From Botryllus schlosseri (lineage: Eukaryota): a stretch of 64,000 bases of DNA. Positions 25,620 to 39,000 of the stretch are shown here, in pieces. The stretch spans positions 29,450,001 through 29,514,000 of the forward strand of contig CM119377.1 of the NCBI GenBank assembly GCA_051294905.1. The letters are read 5' to 3'. The position numbers and the translations under genes are program-made. Position 1 is the stretch's first letter; each line of letters opens with the position of its first letter. The notes below the pieces were generated by a model that was not told where the DNA came from, ran no database searches, and saw only the letters and a program-made list of their open reading frames with translations.

Positions 25620-26769
25620 TAGGGTTGCCATACGTCCGGAATTTCCCGGACATGTCCGGAATTTCACTGTTAAAACTGCGTCCGGGAGGAATTTCTAAAA
25701 TATGCCTAAATGTCCGGAATTTTGAAGTAAGCTCATAATTTTTTTCCTAAATCAACATAACACTATTATTTTTGGGCAGATTTATGCTACATGAAATTTT
25801 TCTTCGCGCTACGCGCTATTTAGTATTACATATGTTGGTTTTAATATGGGGACTACCACCCTCGCAAAAACTGCGATCAAAAATAAATAGAAATGACATT
25901 CATCTACAGAAATAAGTCTAATTGTAATCGCAATTACAAGATAACTGTATATTCATAGAGTCGGTTTAGGCCGTTTTTGGATGCTTTATAAATATATTCA
26001 AAGATAGTGGTTATAAACCTGGGGGTAGTTTGCCGTTATTCTATGGGGTTCGCGAATATGTTGAATGTAATCAGCTTCCAAAATAGGCCGTGGGTAAGTC
26101 TGGGCAAATGTACCGACCTTTAATTAGTAATCAGCTTATCAAATTTTGAGCTGGGTCACTGAACATTTTCAAATTAGAAATGGAGTCGCGATCATAAAAG
26201 GTTGGAAACCGGCGGATGTGCGGTGTTTATATAGCTCAGTGGTGGAGTGCGCACAGGCATTAGGCTGATAAATAATCTTATCGGTGTGACATGAACATGA
26301 CTTAACGATGTACAATTATGCTCCTTGCATTTTCAAAGTAATGATCCTTCACCAGCTCTACCGCAGACTCTGATCATGTGCGCGGAGAAAGGATCAAATT
26401 ATATAGTAATATATGGAAGAATCAATATTATTGACATAATTCATTCAAATCATTTAACGACCAGATGCATATAGAAACCAGATGCATATAATAAGGCCCC
26501 AGAAGTTGCATCGATTACCCTACGGTGGACCCAAGATCAGTGTTTATTTTGGCGGGCAGAGGCTGAAAAAATGTGGCTTCGGCACTAGTTACAACTTACA
26601 ACATAGAACCACGTAATCCTAAACCGGGTCGTGGCCCCCTCTAGTCTATAGAGAAAGCTTTGCCAGCGTGACGTCATATTGATCGACAATGTGCATACCT
26701 CATTTTGAAATCCGCTAGTGGGCGCTAAAAAGCGTCCGGAATTTGTGTTACAAAAATATGGTAACCCTA
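25620..26769. mobile_element. hAT-type MITE, TIR TAGGGTTGCCATA (copy 2)
   Basis: Colinear with 2666-3792. TSD GGCTAGCC/GGCCAGCC. Carries an extra ~170-bp insert at ~26222-26395. Confidence 0.88.
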
Positions 26770-27239
26770 GGCCAGCCACCTTTGAGTTTTCGTTATATGT
26801 AGCCTATTCGAGTGTTTCCGTGCGGCTCCATGCGTTCTCGAAAGTTTTAAATGCTGCTCCGACATCCACAAAGCTTGGGAACCACTGCTTTTTATGGTCG
26901 AAAGACTACCAAATTATCGTCACATTTACAACTGGCATTTTATTCTTTGCAGTTGCATGAAAGGTATGTATATGAGCTTTCCTCGTCATCCATACTGTTG
27001 CGACGTCATCCATGAATGACACACGAATACTCGACTCGAAGTCTAATCAGAATTTTCACTTGGAATCACTCCGGTACTCGACTTTTCCACACACCTATTA
27101 GTCACTCCAACCCGAAGAAAGTAGGCCGATGTAGTAATTATGTATTCCAATCACAAAGTGCCGAATTCACCGAAAGTCGCCAAGAGCCGAATCCACTGGT
27201 CATCATTACAGTGCAACGACATTCCGTAGGGGTTTGAGT

Positions 27240-27700
27240 CCGATGAGACTGACAAGTCAAAACGATGTTTGATTTCCATCCGACATGATTTGCGGCTCCG
27301 TAATTACGATCGTTTGGCGGCTCCCTACATGATTAGTCGCCAAATTTACAACTCGCGACCTCCATTAGAATCTATTTGATCGCCGGCCGCCGCTTGTAAT
27401 CAGCCGTCCGAGTAATTGGATGTCGCGCGTCCAAATATTGATCTACTTTCTAATCTAGCTTGTAAAGTGTAAACTCGCCGTGACGTCACGATTTTGATCT
27501 AGTTCCGCGCATAATTTGGACATGTCTATTTCATTGCACTTTGACATTGCTGTTGATTGCTCATGACTTCACATAAATGTCATTTTCCCTAACGTGCGTT
27601 TCTTTGTACGCTACTGTGATACGAGCAATCGAGTTTGGGAGAATCCGCTGCGAGTGCACAACTTCCTCAAGGGTTACGAATGTAGGCTACTGCTACTTTT
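27240..27700. promoter_or_regulatory. CpG-rich promoter-like region
   Basis: Non-repetitive CG-rich stretch with ATTGG/CCAAT-like boxes and a GTGACGTCAC palindrome at 27480-27489, lying between divergently oriented gene candidates. Confidence 0.35.
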
Positions 27701-27891
27701 AGTTCATAGTTTTCTATTTTGAGGAGAAACTAGGCATAGAATACTTACCTTTGTGCTGACTTGGAAATCGCAACTTCTATTTGTACTTGAGTGGAACGTT
27801 ACTTCGATACTTGAGTACCAACGATGTATAGTTTGGCCATCTATGACTTCTATGACCCCCTCGGGCTGACGTGTCGCGTGGTCAATTACAT

Positions 27892-28308
27892 TAGGGCCGG
27901 GCACTGTGATTCAGGGACTCGAATCCGAATCAAGTTTTCATTCTAATGATCGAGTTGAGGAGTGATCGAGTATTTTTTTCGAGCACCGAATATGAGTTAA
28001 TTTATCACAGAAAATTACACTTACGATCCTATTTTCCACTGTAAAAGCATTGCAAGTAGCAGTGATCAGCTCACGGCATGGCCACAAGGAGTAGTGAAAT
28101 ATGTATGGTGTGATGAAATATAACAAATTATATTTCAATATGACGTAGTACTGGTATTATATATTTTGTGATCGCGTAAAAGGTACAGATTTCAATTTTC
28201 CGCATCTTTCATACTGTTACGACGTGAAAAGGTGTGGTCCAAGAATCGACGAGAATCCATCGATACAGAATCGAATCGCACCCAGGTACTCGACTTTGCC
28301 CATCGCTA
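27892..28308. mobile_element. TAGGGCTGGGCA-family MITE (degenerate copy)
   Basis: Degenerate TIRs and shared internal sequence. Further fragments lie at ~26900-27090, 30860-31220 and 48930-48975. Confidence 0.65.
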
Positions 28309-28803
28309 TATACCAGGGTGTGGAAGTTGATAACGCAAGAATGTCTCTAGAAGTAGCCATTATTTCGTGCCGCTTCTAATTCGGTTCGCGAGGAGAAGGC
28401 CTGAGAATTGCAAATCCGACGGTACTGTCTTTTATGGTCCTTAATTACCATCGTAAACGAGTCACAGCGCCCGAGGTTTTCTCAACTCTGCGGTTATTAC
28501 GAAACGCAGAGCGATGATGGCGGTTACGCGGGGGTCTAGCAACTCGCATCAGATGAGATGAGCGCGAAGGGAGAGGAAACGCGAATCTTTAAATCCACTT
28601 AAACGGACGAAGATCAATCGCTTCTGGGTGGTGATACATTATTCATACCGCTACGCTTCATCGATCACAACAACTTAGCCTCTTTGATTTCTTCGCTTCC
28701 ATCTCGTCGTCAGTCGCATTCAGACAGATACTCAGTCGGTCAGTCATCTTATTGGAAATTTTTTATCGGATCAAACACCGCAAGATTGCGATAGATTGAA
28801 GAG

Positions 28804-30123
28804 ATGGGAGTGCACCGATACGTCTTGGTGTTGTCCTTTACTCAGACAGAGACAGCCACCTTGAGAGCATACGTAACTAAGAGGAATGCACATGCACACT
28901 GAATGATAAGAAATAGAATATAACATAGAAAGGACAAGGGATTGAAATGAAGGTGGCAGGTATGTCTGTAGGCGAGCTTGATATATCATATCATGGTCCA
29001 GTAATCCTGGAGGCTAACTAGTATTCATTCTGTAGATATTGTTTGAATTTGGACTTTGATGCGGATACGCTATAGCGCTAGACGAGTGTCGGATATTTGT
29101 CGAAATCCTGTTCCCAATGTATACTGACAGCGATTCGTGTCTGAAATGCGCTTGTCGCCGACTGTAGTAGTAAAATGTAAATCCACAGGTGTAAAATCGT
29201 GTAGTTATCAGATATCCTGCTGTGAGCATGGTGAAATTGAAAATCAGGTGAATGGCGCTTTCAGATGCCAAATTTTGATTCCACGTCCTTCCGATGGATG
29301 AAAATGAATCAAACTCACCAATTCTTATTGAAATATATCTGAGGGGTGTAGTGGATTATGTTCGCGTGTGCCTTCTGTGGATTTCCTGAGGTGGTACACG
29401 GTCGCATAACCCACTATAGCCCGGATATAGATTTCCGTAAGAATCGATTTGACTCCCATCCAGCCATTGGAAGGGTGTAAGAACAATTTGGTACCCCAAA
29501 ACGCGTTTTCCTGTCTTTCATTCTATCCAAGGTAAAAATCGGCATAATTTACGCTTTTGAATGATAGTACATTTGATGAGAGTCTCGTAGGTACAGAACG
29601 TCAATAAACAATGAAATAATATATTCATATTGAAATAAACCAGAATGTTTTCGACTGACACTAGTCAGGGGTAAACGTCATCACCCATAGTAGAGAATGA
29701 AGAAGAACATCGTATATCGATTGCTAATTGTTGATATGCATATCGATTGTTGATATGCAATGTTCATTTCAATTCTCTACTAGACGCTGACGATTAGCCC
29801 TGTCGAGTGTCAGCCGAAAGTATTCGTATTTATTTCAATATCAATATCTTATTAAGTTGTTTACAGAGTAGCAACAAAGTAGCGTATGAGGCCGTAAGTC
29901 CAACCAATTGCAGGTTTCCTGGATTGATCGCGATGTACTGAAAGCGGATCCTCCGCGAGGATTACCTCTGTCGCCGATTGTAGCGCAATCTCCGAGCCCA
30001 GAAGCATTACCTCCTCTCATTTCGAGTTCAGGCAAAAGTTCAGAGCTTCGGCGTATTCTCGAGGGTGATATTTCGATGTTTGACGAACGAGCTGATCAAA
30101 GCCATCGCGGGTCTAATGCGTGA
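28804..30123 (+). CDS. Possible two-exon small ORF (92 aa, Pro/Ser-rich) immediately upstream of DDR
   Basis: 28804-28872 (ATG, AC|GTAACT donor) joins in phase 0 to 29914-30123 (TTGCAG acceptor; VSWIDRDVLKADPPRGLPLSPIVAQSPSPEALPP..). No homology recognised. Confidence 0.3.
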
Positions 30124-30463
30124 CTCATCTCGTTTCGAAAAAGTACACGAACCATCATGATAACATCATTACCGCCCATTTAGCAACAGGGTTATTTGGA
30201 GAGACACTGCGAGGTACAGAACTTCAATATAGGATTTGAAAATATACTTACATTGCAATGAACCCGAGTGTTTTTGGCTAACTGAAGTCAGGGGTAATCG
30301 TCAGAAATTAGTAACTATGAATTCTGTACCAGTTGCTGACGATTACCCCTGGCGAGTGTCAGTCACCAAGATTGAGGTTTATTTCAATATCAATATATTC
30401 TTCAATTCCAACAGTGTTATGGATGTACTCGCGTGAACTAGAATAGAAGCAATTGAAGTTGCA

Positions 30464-32968
30464 ATGTCGAACAGAATCGTTTGGATCGCGATGTGCCTTC
30501 GTTTCGTCGCCGATACTCGAGGACAAATCGATTTGGGTGAGATTTATTTTTGGGCTGAAAATTCGTGATTGATCGATGCTGTCTCCACTACGAGGTTGAT
30601 AATGGAATTATGATGTCACTGAGTGCGCCTCGTATCTCCCGGGAATGCCGCGCATGTTGTGGCGCGGAATAATCAATCGATTTCAGGATCGATGACTATT
30701 TGTGTCGAGACTGATTTTTACTCAAGTGCGGATATTACTGGCATTTGACTATTATCTTCGTCGATTAAAAATAACACAAGAATGCGATAGGAAGGGGCCG
30801 AAACGACTTTAAATATTCTTGGAATCAGTTACCAGCTTTTGCCTAGAACTATAACTCAGCCAAATCAAGTATCTGAGTGATTCGCTTCCGAATCGAGTTC
30901 GAGTTAGTAGGTTACTAAGTCGACCATTCATATATCACTCATTGTGATTTCATAACAGTATGAAAGATGTGGAACGGTCAAATATATACTCTTTATGCGA
31001 CTCCAAACAGGATATTGCCTGTTCCTTACATCACGAAATATAATCCGGCACCTTTTCGACCACTGCTATGCCATGGGCTTTATGAAAATACTATGGATTG
31101 ATCACGGCTTCACAGAAATCTCAAGTCACTAACGCGCGTAGTTTCATATTATTTTTTGGATACTGTGACTCGATCAATCGCGGTTTCAACGCTTCCACAG
31201 TTGAAAATAGCATCGAAACTATAAATTTCGTTGATGGTAAAATTAGGTCATCATACGTTCTCTTTTAAAAGGATTAGTCCTCTTTTATGACTTTTTTGAA
31301 AGTGTCCTCGGAGGACGCCTAAATTTCATCTTTTTTGGAAATTTTGGTTTAATATAGGCTGAAATTCGACTGAGATACAGAAATAAGCACTCAAGTAACG
31401 TTCCGGCGGGTACTTCGGGAGTTGAGCCGGACAGTTTACCTTTTTTTAGTCGACCAACCATAGATATGGGAAATATTTACCATTTCTTACTTATGTAACT
31501 CAAGTATTGTAAGTCTAAAAATTTTGAAAAAGTGTCCCTTTTTCAGATTTCCAAGATATGGCAACCCTAACCCTTAATCAAAAGGGTCGTATAAATGCAG
31601 TTTTTGAAAATTCGTATCCCTTAATTCGACTCGAGTTATTACAATAAATACTTATTCGGGTTAAAACACAGGAATCATTGCGCCCAACCTTACCTAGTAG
31701 GTAGGCGGTATGCGGCATATATAGGCCTATGTCCGATCGTGGTCCGGTAATCTCGAGCACTAAACCGGTCGCAGAGAAGCAACCTCTTATCTTTATTTCT
31801 CAGGACACTGCAGGAATCCTCTAGGGATGGCAGACAAGCGACTGACGGACGAACAACTCTCCGCCTCATCATCTCACGCGCCCGGGACTGGCCCGCAGTA
31901 CGCCAGGTCGGTGGTACAGTTCTGTAGCTACACTCTTAGCGAAAGAGTGTGTATTCGCACCCAAAAGTTGGCACACGAAGTTACCTCAGAAATCAGAAAC
32001 CTTGTTCTCGGGATGTCGATCGAATATTTCACCCACTTATTAGATACTGAACAGCATTGCCCTAGTTGTGTGTTCCAATGTAATTTTTTCACGCTTTGAG
32101 CAAATTATCCTTATGAATCCGCGCCTGTCTTTCTCTGTGTGTATTTAACCCTTAGCTTAGTTGTTTTGGTTACTTTGTAAAATAGACGGTTCAAATTGAT
32201 TCATGGTGTAAAGGATTGTTATAAATCCTTCATCCCTACGCGCTACGCCCCTTCGTACTTCAATCTGCATATTCTAATTTGTCAAGCATCATTTGGATTA
32301 GAGCATTATGTTTGACTTATACAGCGGTATAATTCTGTGTCAGGCTCTCATTTCGAGTACCACCTTTTGGGTGTGAACACACTCTCTTTCCGCTGAGAAT
32401 GTACGGCGGTAAATATTTATTTTCCAACGTGCGATAATGAGTAATAAAGAGCGCCAGTATGATGTCACACTGCGAAATGTCGCTGTCATAACCTCGTTTC
32501 TGACTTCCCGCTGCTTTGATGGCTTATCTTTATTGCGTTGCGCGTTCTCATTCGTAATTGAGTTCGTGGAGATAGCAATAATCACTCGCATTCGCAAACA
32601 ACTTTTCCCTCATTTCGATATTGATTGCGGAATATCGAGGTCAGGAAAGCGTAGCGGGGAATGTTTCGGATTAGCGAAATTACAAGTTTTCGCTGTTTCG
32701 AGCTTTTGCGTTTAACCCAGTGGTTCTTAACCTTCGCCAACCGAGGAAACCTTGCGCTAAACCAGTGGTTCCCAACCTTTTTCGACCCATCGCCCCCTTT
32801 TCAAGGTCAACACCGATCATCGCCCCCCAAATTTTGTGCACCGATAATTGGGCATACAGACTGTAATCACCGGCGGGTTGACTAAAAAAAAAAAAAAAAA
32901 AAAAGGTCATCTTTCTCCGCTCAGAGCTGAAAATAACGTTTTTTCGCTCCGCATTGCTAGGTGGATGA

Positions 32969-33002
<34 letters not shown>

Positions 33003-36000
33003 TCAGCCGTTTTACGCGTCATCGCCCCCCTATCGCCCCCTTCGCTATTTTCGCCCCCCGTCGCCCCCTTTGTCCATTTTCGCCCCCCTGTCGCCCCCTT
33101 CGTCATTTTCGCCCCCCTAGATCGCCAAATCGCCCCCTGGGGGGCGATATCGCCCACGTTGGGAACCACTGCGCTAAACCGTAAGCCTTCATGAGGCCCA
33201 CATTGTGGCCTGGGCACAAAAACAAAATCTACAACAATACACATATAATACATTACTATTAGGGATGGTGTGAACGTGAGGTCCACGTTCGCGTTCTGTA
33301 TGTGAACCTCGGAAATTCAGAGGTTCGCGTTCACAACAGAACCTTGATAGGTTCTGCACTGTGAACCTTTTTAATATATTACAATTTTTACTTTATTATG
33401 ACATCTTTGGTACGAATTTATTGCATTTCAACTGCAGGCCGGTCCCTCTATGCATGGCGCTGGCAGCAGAAAAAATCAACACAAAACGAATATGCACCTT
33501 GACAGTCTCAAAGATTTCACTTGCTTTGTTACAAAAGTTTGCTCCAACTATCCAGCTTTCCGATTGTGAATATTTAGCGACTCTCTGCTGTGAGCTCGAC
33601 TCGCAATCACACAACGTCACGAGCGAAATACACTAATAGTAGTCAGCGAATGATGCTTATTCAACCAATCAATCTTGACTTCATGTGTTTATTGGGGGTT
33701 TTGGCTACTGTTGTATAACTTATTAATGGGATAATATCGGTAGCAAGCATAGAAACCCTGTTTTACACTCTGCTCAAAATCAATGTAGCAATACTCAGAC
33801 GCCGAATACACTGTCCGGTCTGGCCAAGACCGTTAAGGTGTTTCTTATATTCCCTAATAAGTCCTCTTCGGAGTTGTTGGCAAAGCGACGGATAATATTG
33901 ATTTTATGGAAGTATTATATCATTTGATTGACTCAGTTGATACATTCAGCGACGTTTGAAACGCCAATATGTACTTCCGCATTGTGGGATTATGTGGCCC
34001 GAGTCGTCGCGAGGTATCGTGTACGTACATGTACATTGTACAATTGTACATTAATATAGGCTATCACTTCATTGAAAGATAGGGTTGGAATTAGCAATAT
34101 GACGTCACGTGACGTCATGAGGTTCACGTTCGTGTTCACACAGAACCTTTCAAAAAGGTTCGCGTTCACACGAACCTGAACCTTTCAGAGGTTCACACCA
34201 TCCCTTTACTATATAATACTGCTGCACATAATGAATTCTGTATCAGCAAGGGTGCCAAAAGAACGAATCCATTAAACACGCAAAACGTAATCATTCTAAA
34301 AAGATTATACACTGGTCAACACATATTTTTAGGCAGACAAAGTAAGAGTGGTTTTGGGGGTTTTGGGCACTGATTCCGAATATGACCTTAGTTTTTATCA
34401 AATTGGCTCTATTTATGGAGATAATACATGGGGCTATTTTGAATAAAATCTCATATTTTCGCCGTATGGGCTAGATAAAAAAATCGGCTCAGTCGTACTA
34501 TAAAGTTCAGAAATACAATCTACTTGTTATTTAGACACTCTGAAGACTGTTTTAAATCAAAATACACCAACAGAATTATATTTCGGGGTATTCGATTTAT
34601 AATAATTGGAGACTTTCACGGATATCATGTACATAAATAAACTTCAATCATGTATATAAGTATATACCTAAATACTCAAATAACGTTGCATTAATTGAAT
34701 CAGTTTTATGTCAACAACCCATTTTAAATTCGAAATAATCAGTTGGAGTATAATATTAATAACTTATCTTAAAGCAAAATTGGTTCTTGTACTATTTTCG
34801 GTTCTAAGCAATTTAGTGCAGTTTTTCGAAAGGTTCCAGCAGCAGTCTGCCATAATATGTTCGTCGCATCTGCACTGATATCTTTCTTTCGTTGTTTTGA
34901 TGTTTGGTGGAACCTTTCTCCTTTCTATTCCCTCCAATCACCTCCATATTATCAGAAAATACATCAAGATGACTGAACAGGAAGTGAGATTTAATGGTCA
35001 AGATTGCTCCAAGGTTTCCATATGCAGATACCAATTCTCGAACCAAATGTTTGTAGTTGCGTGCTTTGTGATCTTCCAAAGAGTTTTCTTTACTACATTA
35101 AGGGATTCCATGCAGTGAGCAGCTTTATTAACATGAAATTGATCCGAATTCGAATCTGAGATCCATCAAATATTCTAGATTTAAGCTTCTCGTTTGATAT
35201 GTATACTAGGTATACCCACGTTCTTGGCTTTTCGGAAAATTATCCATTTGCAAGTGAAAAGAGATTAGATGCATATGAGTTTCTTAGTTAAGCTTTCCAG
35301 GGACCAATTTGATAGCTTTGTACTCCTCTTTCATCTTGGTAGAATGACCAATTGGTACAGGAGAAAATATATTTCCATTGTGCAAAATTACAATTTTTAG
35401 GCTCGACAAACTGCTTCTCTAACAAACGAAGTTCTCACATCCGGTTATGTTAATATTCATGGAGTAGCTAAGAACGACATGAGTGTTCAATAATGTTCAT
35501 CATTCTCTATTTATGCGCAGTATATCAGTAGAAAAATCCAAGATTTACTTCCTACCAAGTGAAATATTCAATGGCCTAAAATATGGAGATATAGGTGCCA
35601 TATACACTAAATGAAAAGAATGCAACACGAGACGGACAAGAGATAAAATGTGGTGTCTGTTAATCTTGGCCGGTTTCTTGGGATCGTTTCCGATGATAGA
35701 CACGCGAATTTAATATTCAAGGATTATTTTACCCGGTATCAGCGTTTAGGATATTTTTGGAATTTCGAAAATTCTTGAAAACAAAATCGGCCGCACAACC
35801 GTAATTACGTGGAATGGGGTCCGGATTCCCAGTTTTCGGAATCCGTTCATACCTGTTTTGGAAGCGAAATATGATTCCGTGATAGGGCTGGGCATTATGA
35901 TTCGAGTATTCGAATCCGAATCAAGTATTAATTGTCATGATTCGATTCGACGCTTTTGCCCAACGTGGAAGCCTTGCAGCCTCGATTGGCTCGATTGGTT

Positions 36001-39000
36001 GTATCGCAGCATACGAAACATGTAGCAAAAAGCTACGTACGTCGGTGGAAATGAGTTAGGCTATCTGTGAAGTTGTGATCTACGTAGAGAATTGCCAGTG
36101 TGTCACAAAGTAAAATTAAATAGGCATGTTGTAATATATATGTATTTATATAAATGGTGTAAAAACAGCATTATTGTATTTGTGCTGGAATTATAAGGCA
36201 CATATTTGACCAGTCCTCACGATACATGCAATTATGACTAGATAACAAGTGATACTCGAATATCGAAGCGTGTTACTCGATTCAGAATCGAATTGTACAG
36301 ATACCGGATTCGGTCCGGCTCTAGCCGTGAGCCATACTCACACTCCAAATCTGTTCAGGTTAAACAGAGAGGAAGGAGACGGGGCGTGGTGTCCCCGTGG
36401 TCTCGTACGCCCGGATACGTCCGAACATTGGTTACAAATCCGGCTCTCATCGCCATCTTTCCTTTCCGTGGTACACACGCAGGGAAGGTAGGTATTTTTC
36501 ATGCCCAAAATATTCCAGTTACGGCAAAGCGTTACCATTTTCAGGCACGGTGGAGGTCGCGGGTCAGAGTTCACTCCGATGTACAAATTGAATTATTCGA
36601 GAGACGGGCTGCTATGGAGGCAGTGGAAAAATTATTCTGGAAATTCGGTGAGTCAGTCACTGCCGGTCAAAGTCTCCTTTGGTACTATTGCAGAAGTAAA
36701 GTAACGCTGTTCATTTCTACCCAACTACAAATAGAAGCAGAATTTTCCAAAGTTGAAGAAGGAATTAAACACTTGGTAAAATAGGCGAGAAACTTGTTTC
36801 AAAAGTAGATTTAATCGATAGCTCGCATGGCAACACATAACATTGCAACATGTGTATCTATGACCAACGTAAAATGAACTGTCATATACCATTACTCGAT
36901 GCGATCGTAGAATATATTAATCGGAAGTTCTGAAAGTACTTCAAGTGAAGTACAAAATGAATGTTACGAGAAGTACTCAAGTAAGTTGTTTTAAGAAGCA
37001 CATGACATTAGAAAAATAATCAGTTACCGTGATATTTCACACAGCTCATATGACAATTTCAGTTGTAACAGCCATGCAAGCTTATGCCCAGAGTACGTTC
37101 TAATTTCAAAATCACAATTCCATAAAGTAAATAGTTTTGTCTGAAACACTGTTCCACTAAAAGTGGAATTAGTGTAAAATCATAACCACTTTAATAAATC
37201 ATGCAAATATAGCCAAATATTACTCGAATACTCCGAACCAGTAGAAGTACTCCGTTTTGACCATCTCATATTGTGAGCCAACCAACCACAGGTCCTCCAC
37301 GGAAACATGGACGCCCAAAAGGTACAACCGGGGCTTCTCAGTCCGGGCATCTCGGCAGCTTCTTTCATACGATTTATCCCTGTGACATCATCAGCCAGAT
37401 CGGTGTGCGCGAGGCTCGAATTGTTCGGATGTCCGATGTCGTGTGAGTTCGACAGTTACATTTTAGCTAACAAACGAACGAATATCTTCCCGTTTGGAAC
37501 AGATTTGGAGAACTATAGATCATTATTGTTGTCTAATTAGACTCATTAAAGCTAAACGACGGTAATCTAATTATAATCGAATTAGTGAAATGCTTCTATG
37601 GTATCATTTTAACTCTAATTACTTTCTGTTTTTCCTGAAAATGCTACAGGAGAACTATATAGTGTGAAACGAGCCTAGCTTGCTGTGCATAAATTTGTCA
37701 TTCTAGTGCTTATGAGTCAACTCTGATTTGATATGAAGTGAACTTGATTTGAACTTTATAATCCGGAATTCAAATTCATTTTCAAGTTTTTTCATTCTGT
37801 AATAATATTTGGAAAATCTGAAAATTGTCCAGTTTCTCAATTCCCAATTTTTCGCGAATTACGTAATTCTATAATCCCGTCCGTATAAGATTTTCTGTGC
37901 TCTAATTTGAAATTTAATCTAATTTATAGTTTTCCAGAAAATGCGACATGAAAACTGTATGTGTGAAATGAGCCTGGCTTGCTTTACAAACAATTGCCAT
38001 TGTCATGCTTATGATAATGAACTCTGATTTGATATGCACTGAACTTGGTTTTTGTTGCGACTCAATTTCAAAGCTTCTGCGAATTCAGTGGTTCTAACTA
38101 ATCGAATTTGAAAAAATCTGTGCAGCTATCATGGGAATTCTAATATAATTTAGAAACGCACAACTATTCTTATCCGTCCAACTTTGGTTTTGAAGCGAAC
38201 TTAGTGCGTTACGACATCCCCATACCGGACAACGAGGTATTAAGCTCGAACTGGAGGTTCGACGACGAAACGTATGACGGAATAAAAGGCGAGAACTCAT
38301 ATCAAGGAGGACTCGGACAACTGTCGGACGGTGTCGTTGGTTTAGCAGACGTTCGAAAGGTGAGAATATACGACTCGCAGATGGCAGGTCGCCTCAACGA
38401 ATTCGTTCGGACAGGTTCGATCGAACCTAGCCACTAGAATCAACGGTTTCGATTACGTCGGGTGGAGAAACAGCGAGGAAGGCGATCGAGAGGTCAACAT
38501 CACGTTCGAGTTCGGAGATACCAGAAACTTCACGGAGATGAAGGTCCATTGTGTGGCGAGTCACGAAATCGGCGCCAGGTTTGAGAGCTTAATGATCATA
38601 TTGATAATATTTATTTATCTGAAGTTGTCAGTGACAAAGTAGGCATACTTCTATCACTTTAAATTGCTGGCCACTTGTATTACTTGGACCAAGTTCAGAT
38701 TACGGACTTGACTACTTTTCATTATCTACTTCTGCGTGCAGTCGTTTTGGCAAGTTTTTATTAATCTCTCCTTCTACTTGTACTTAAGTAGAAGTGTGCG
38801 GCTTTATTTCGAGCACTACTTGAGCAGTAATGCGGGTCACTTTAACCACCTCTATGAATAAGGAGGGACAGTTTTACCAAACTATCAATAAACGGATATT
38901 CGCTCTCTCAAAACAACCTTATGTTTTCTAGTTATTTCCAAAGCGTCCACCTCTCGTTCAGCACAGACGGGGAGGACTTTCGGGACAGCCCGCGCGCCGC

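Noticed and set aside
24779-26889. One large CAGTG-ended element enclosing the SINE and the TAGGGTTGCC MITE
   Set aside because: The candidate ends share no target-site duplication; they are more likely independent fragments.
29350-29490. Minus-strand FQWLDGSQIDSYGNLYPG, C-type-lectin-like
   Set aside because: It lacks the WIGL motif, the conserved Trp/Cys pattern and supporting exons.
32848-33286. Poly-Lys and poly-Phe ORFs
   Set aside because: These are translations of poly-A runs and TCGCCCCC repeats inside a MITE.
36293-36784. 163-aa ORF overlapping DDR exons 3-4
   Set aside because: It is an alternative frame across exons and a 57-nt intron; the DDR frame explains the composition.
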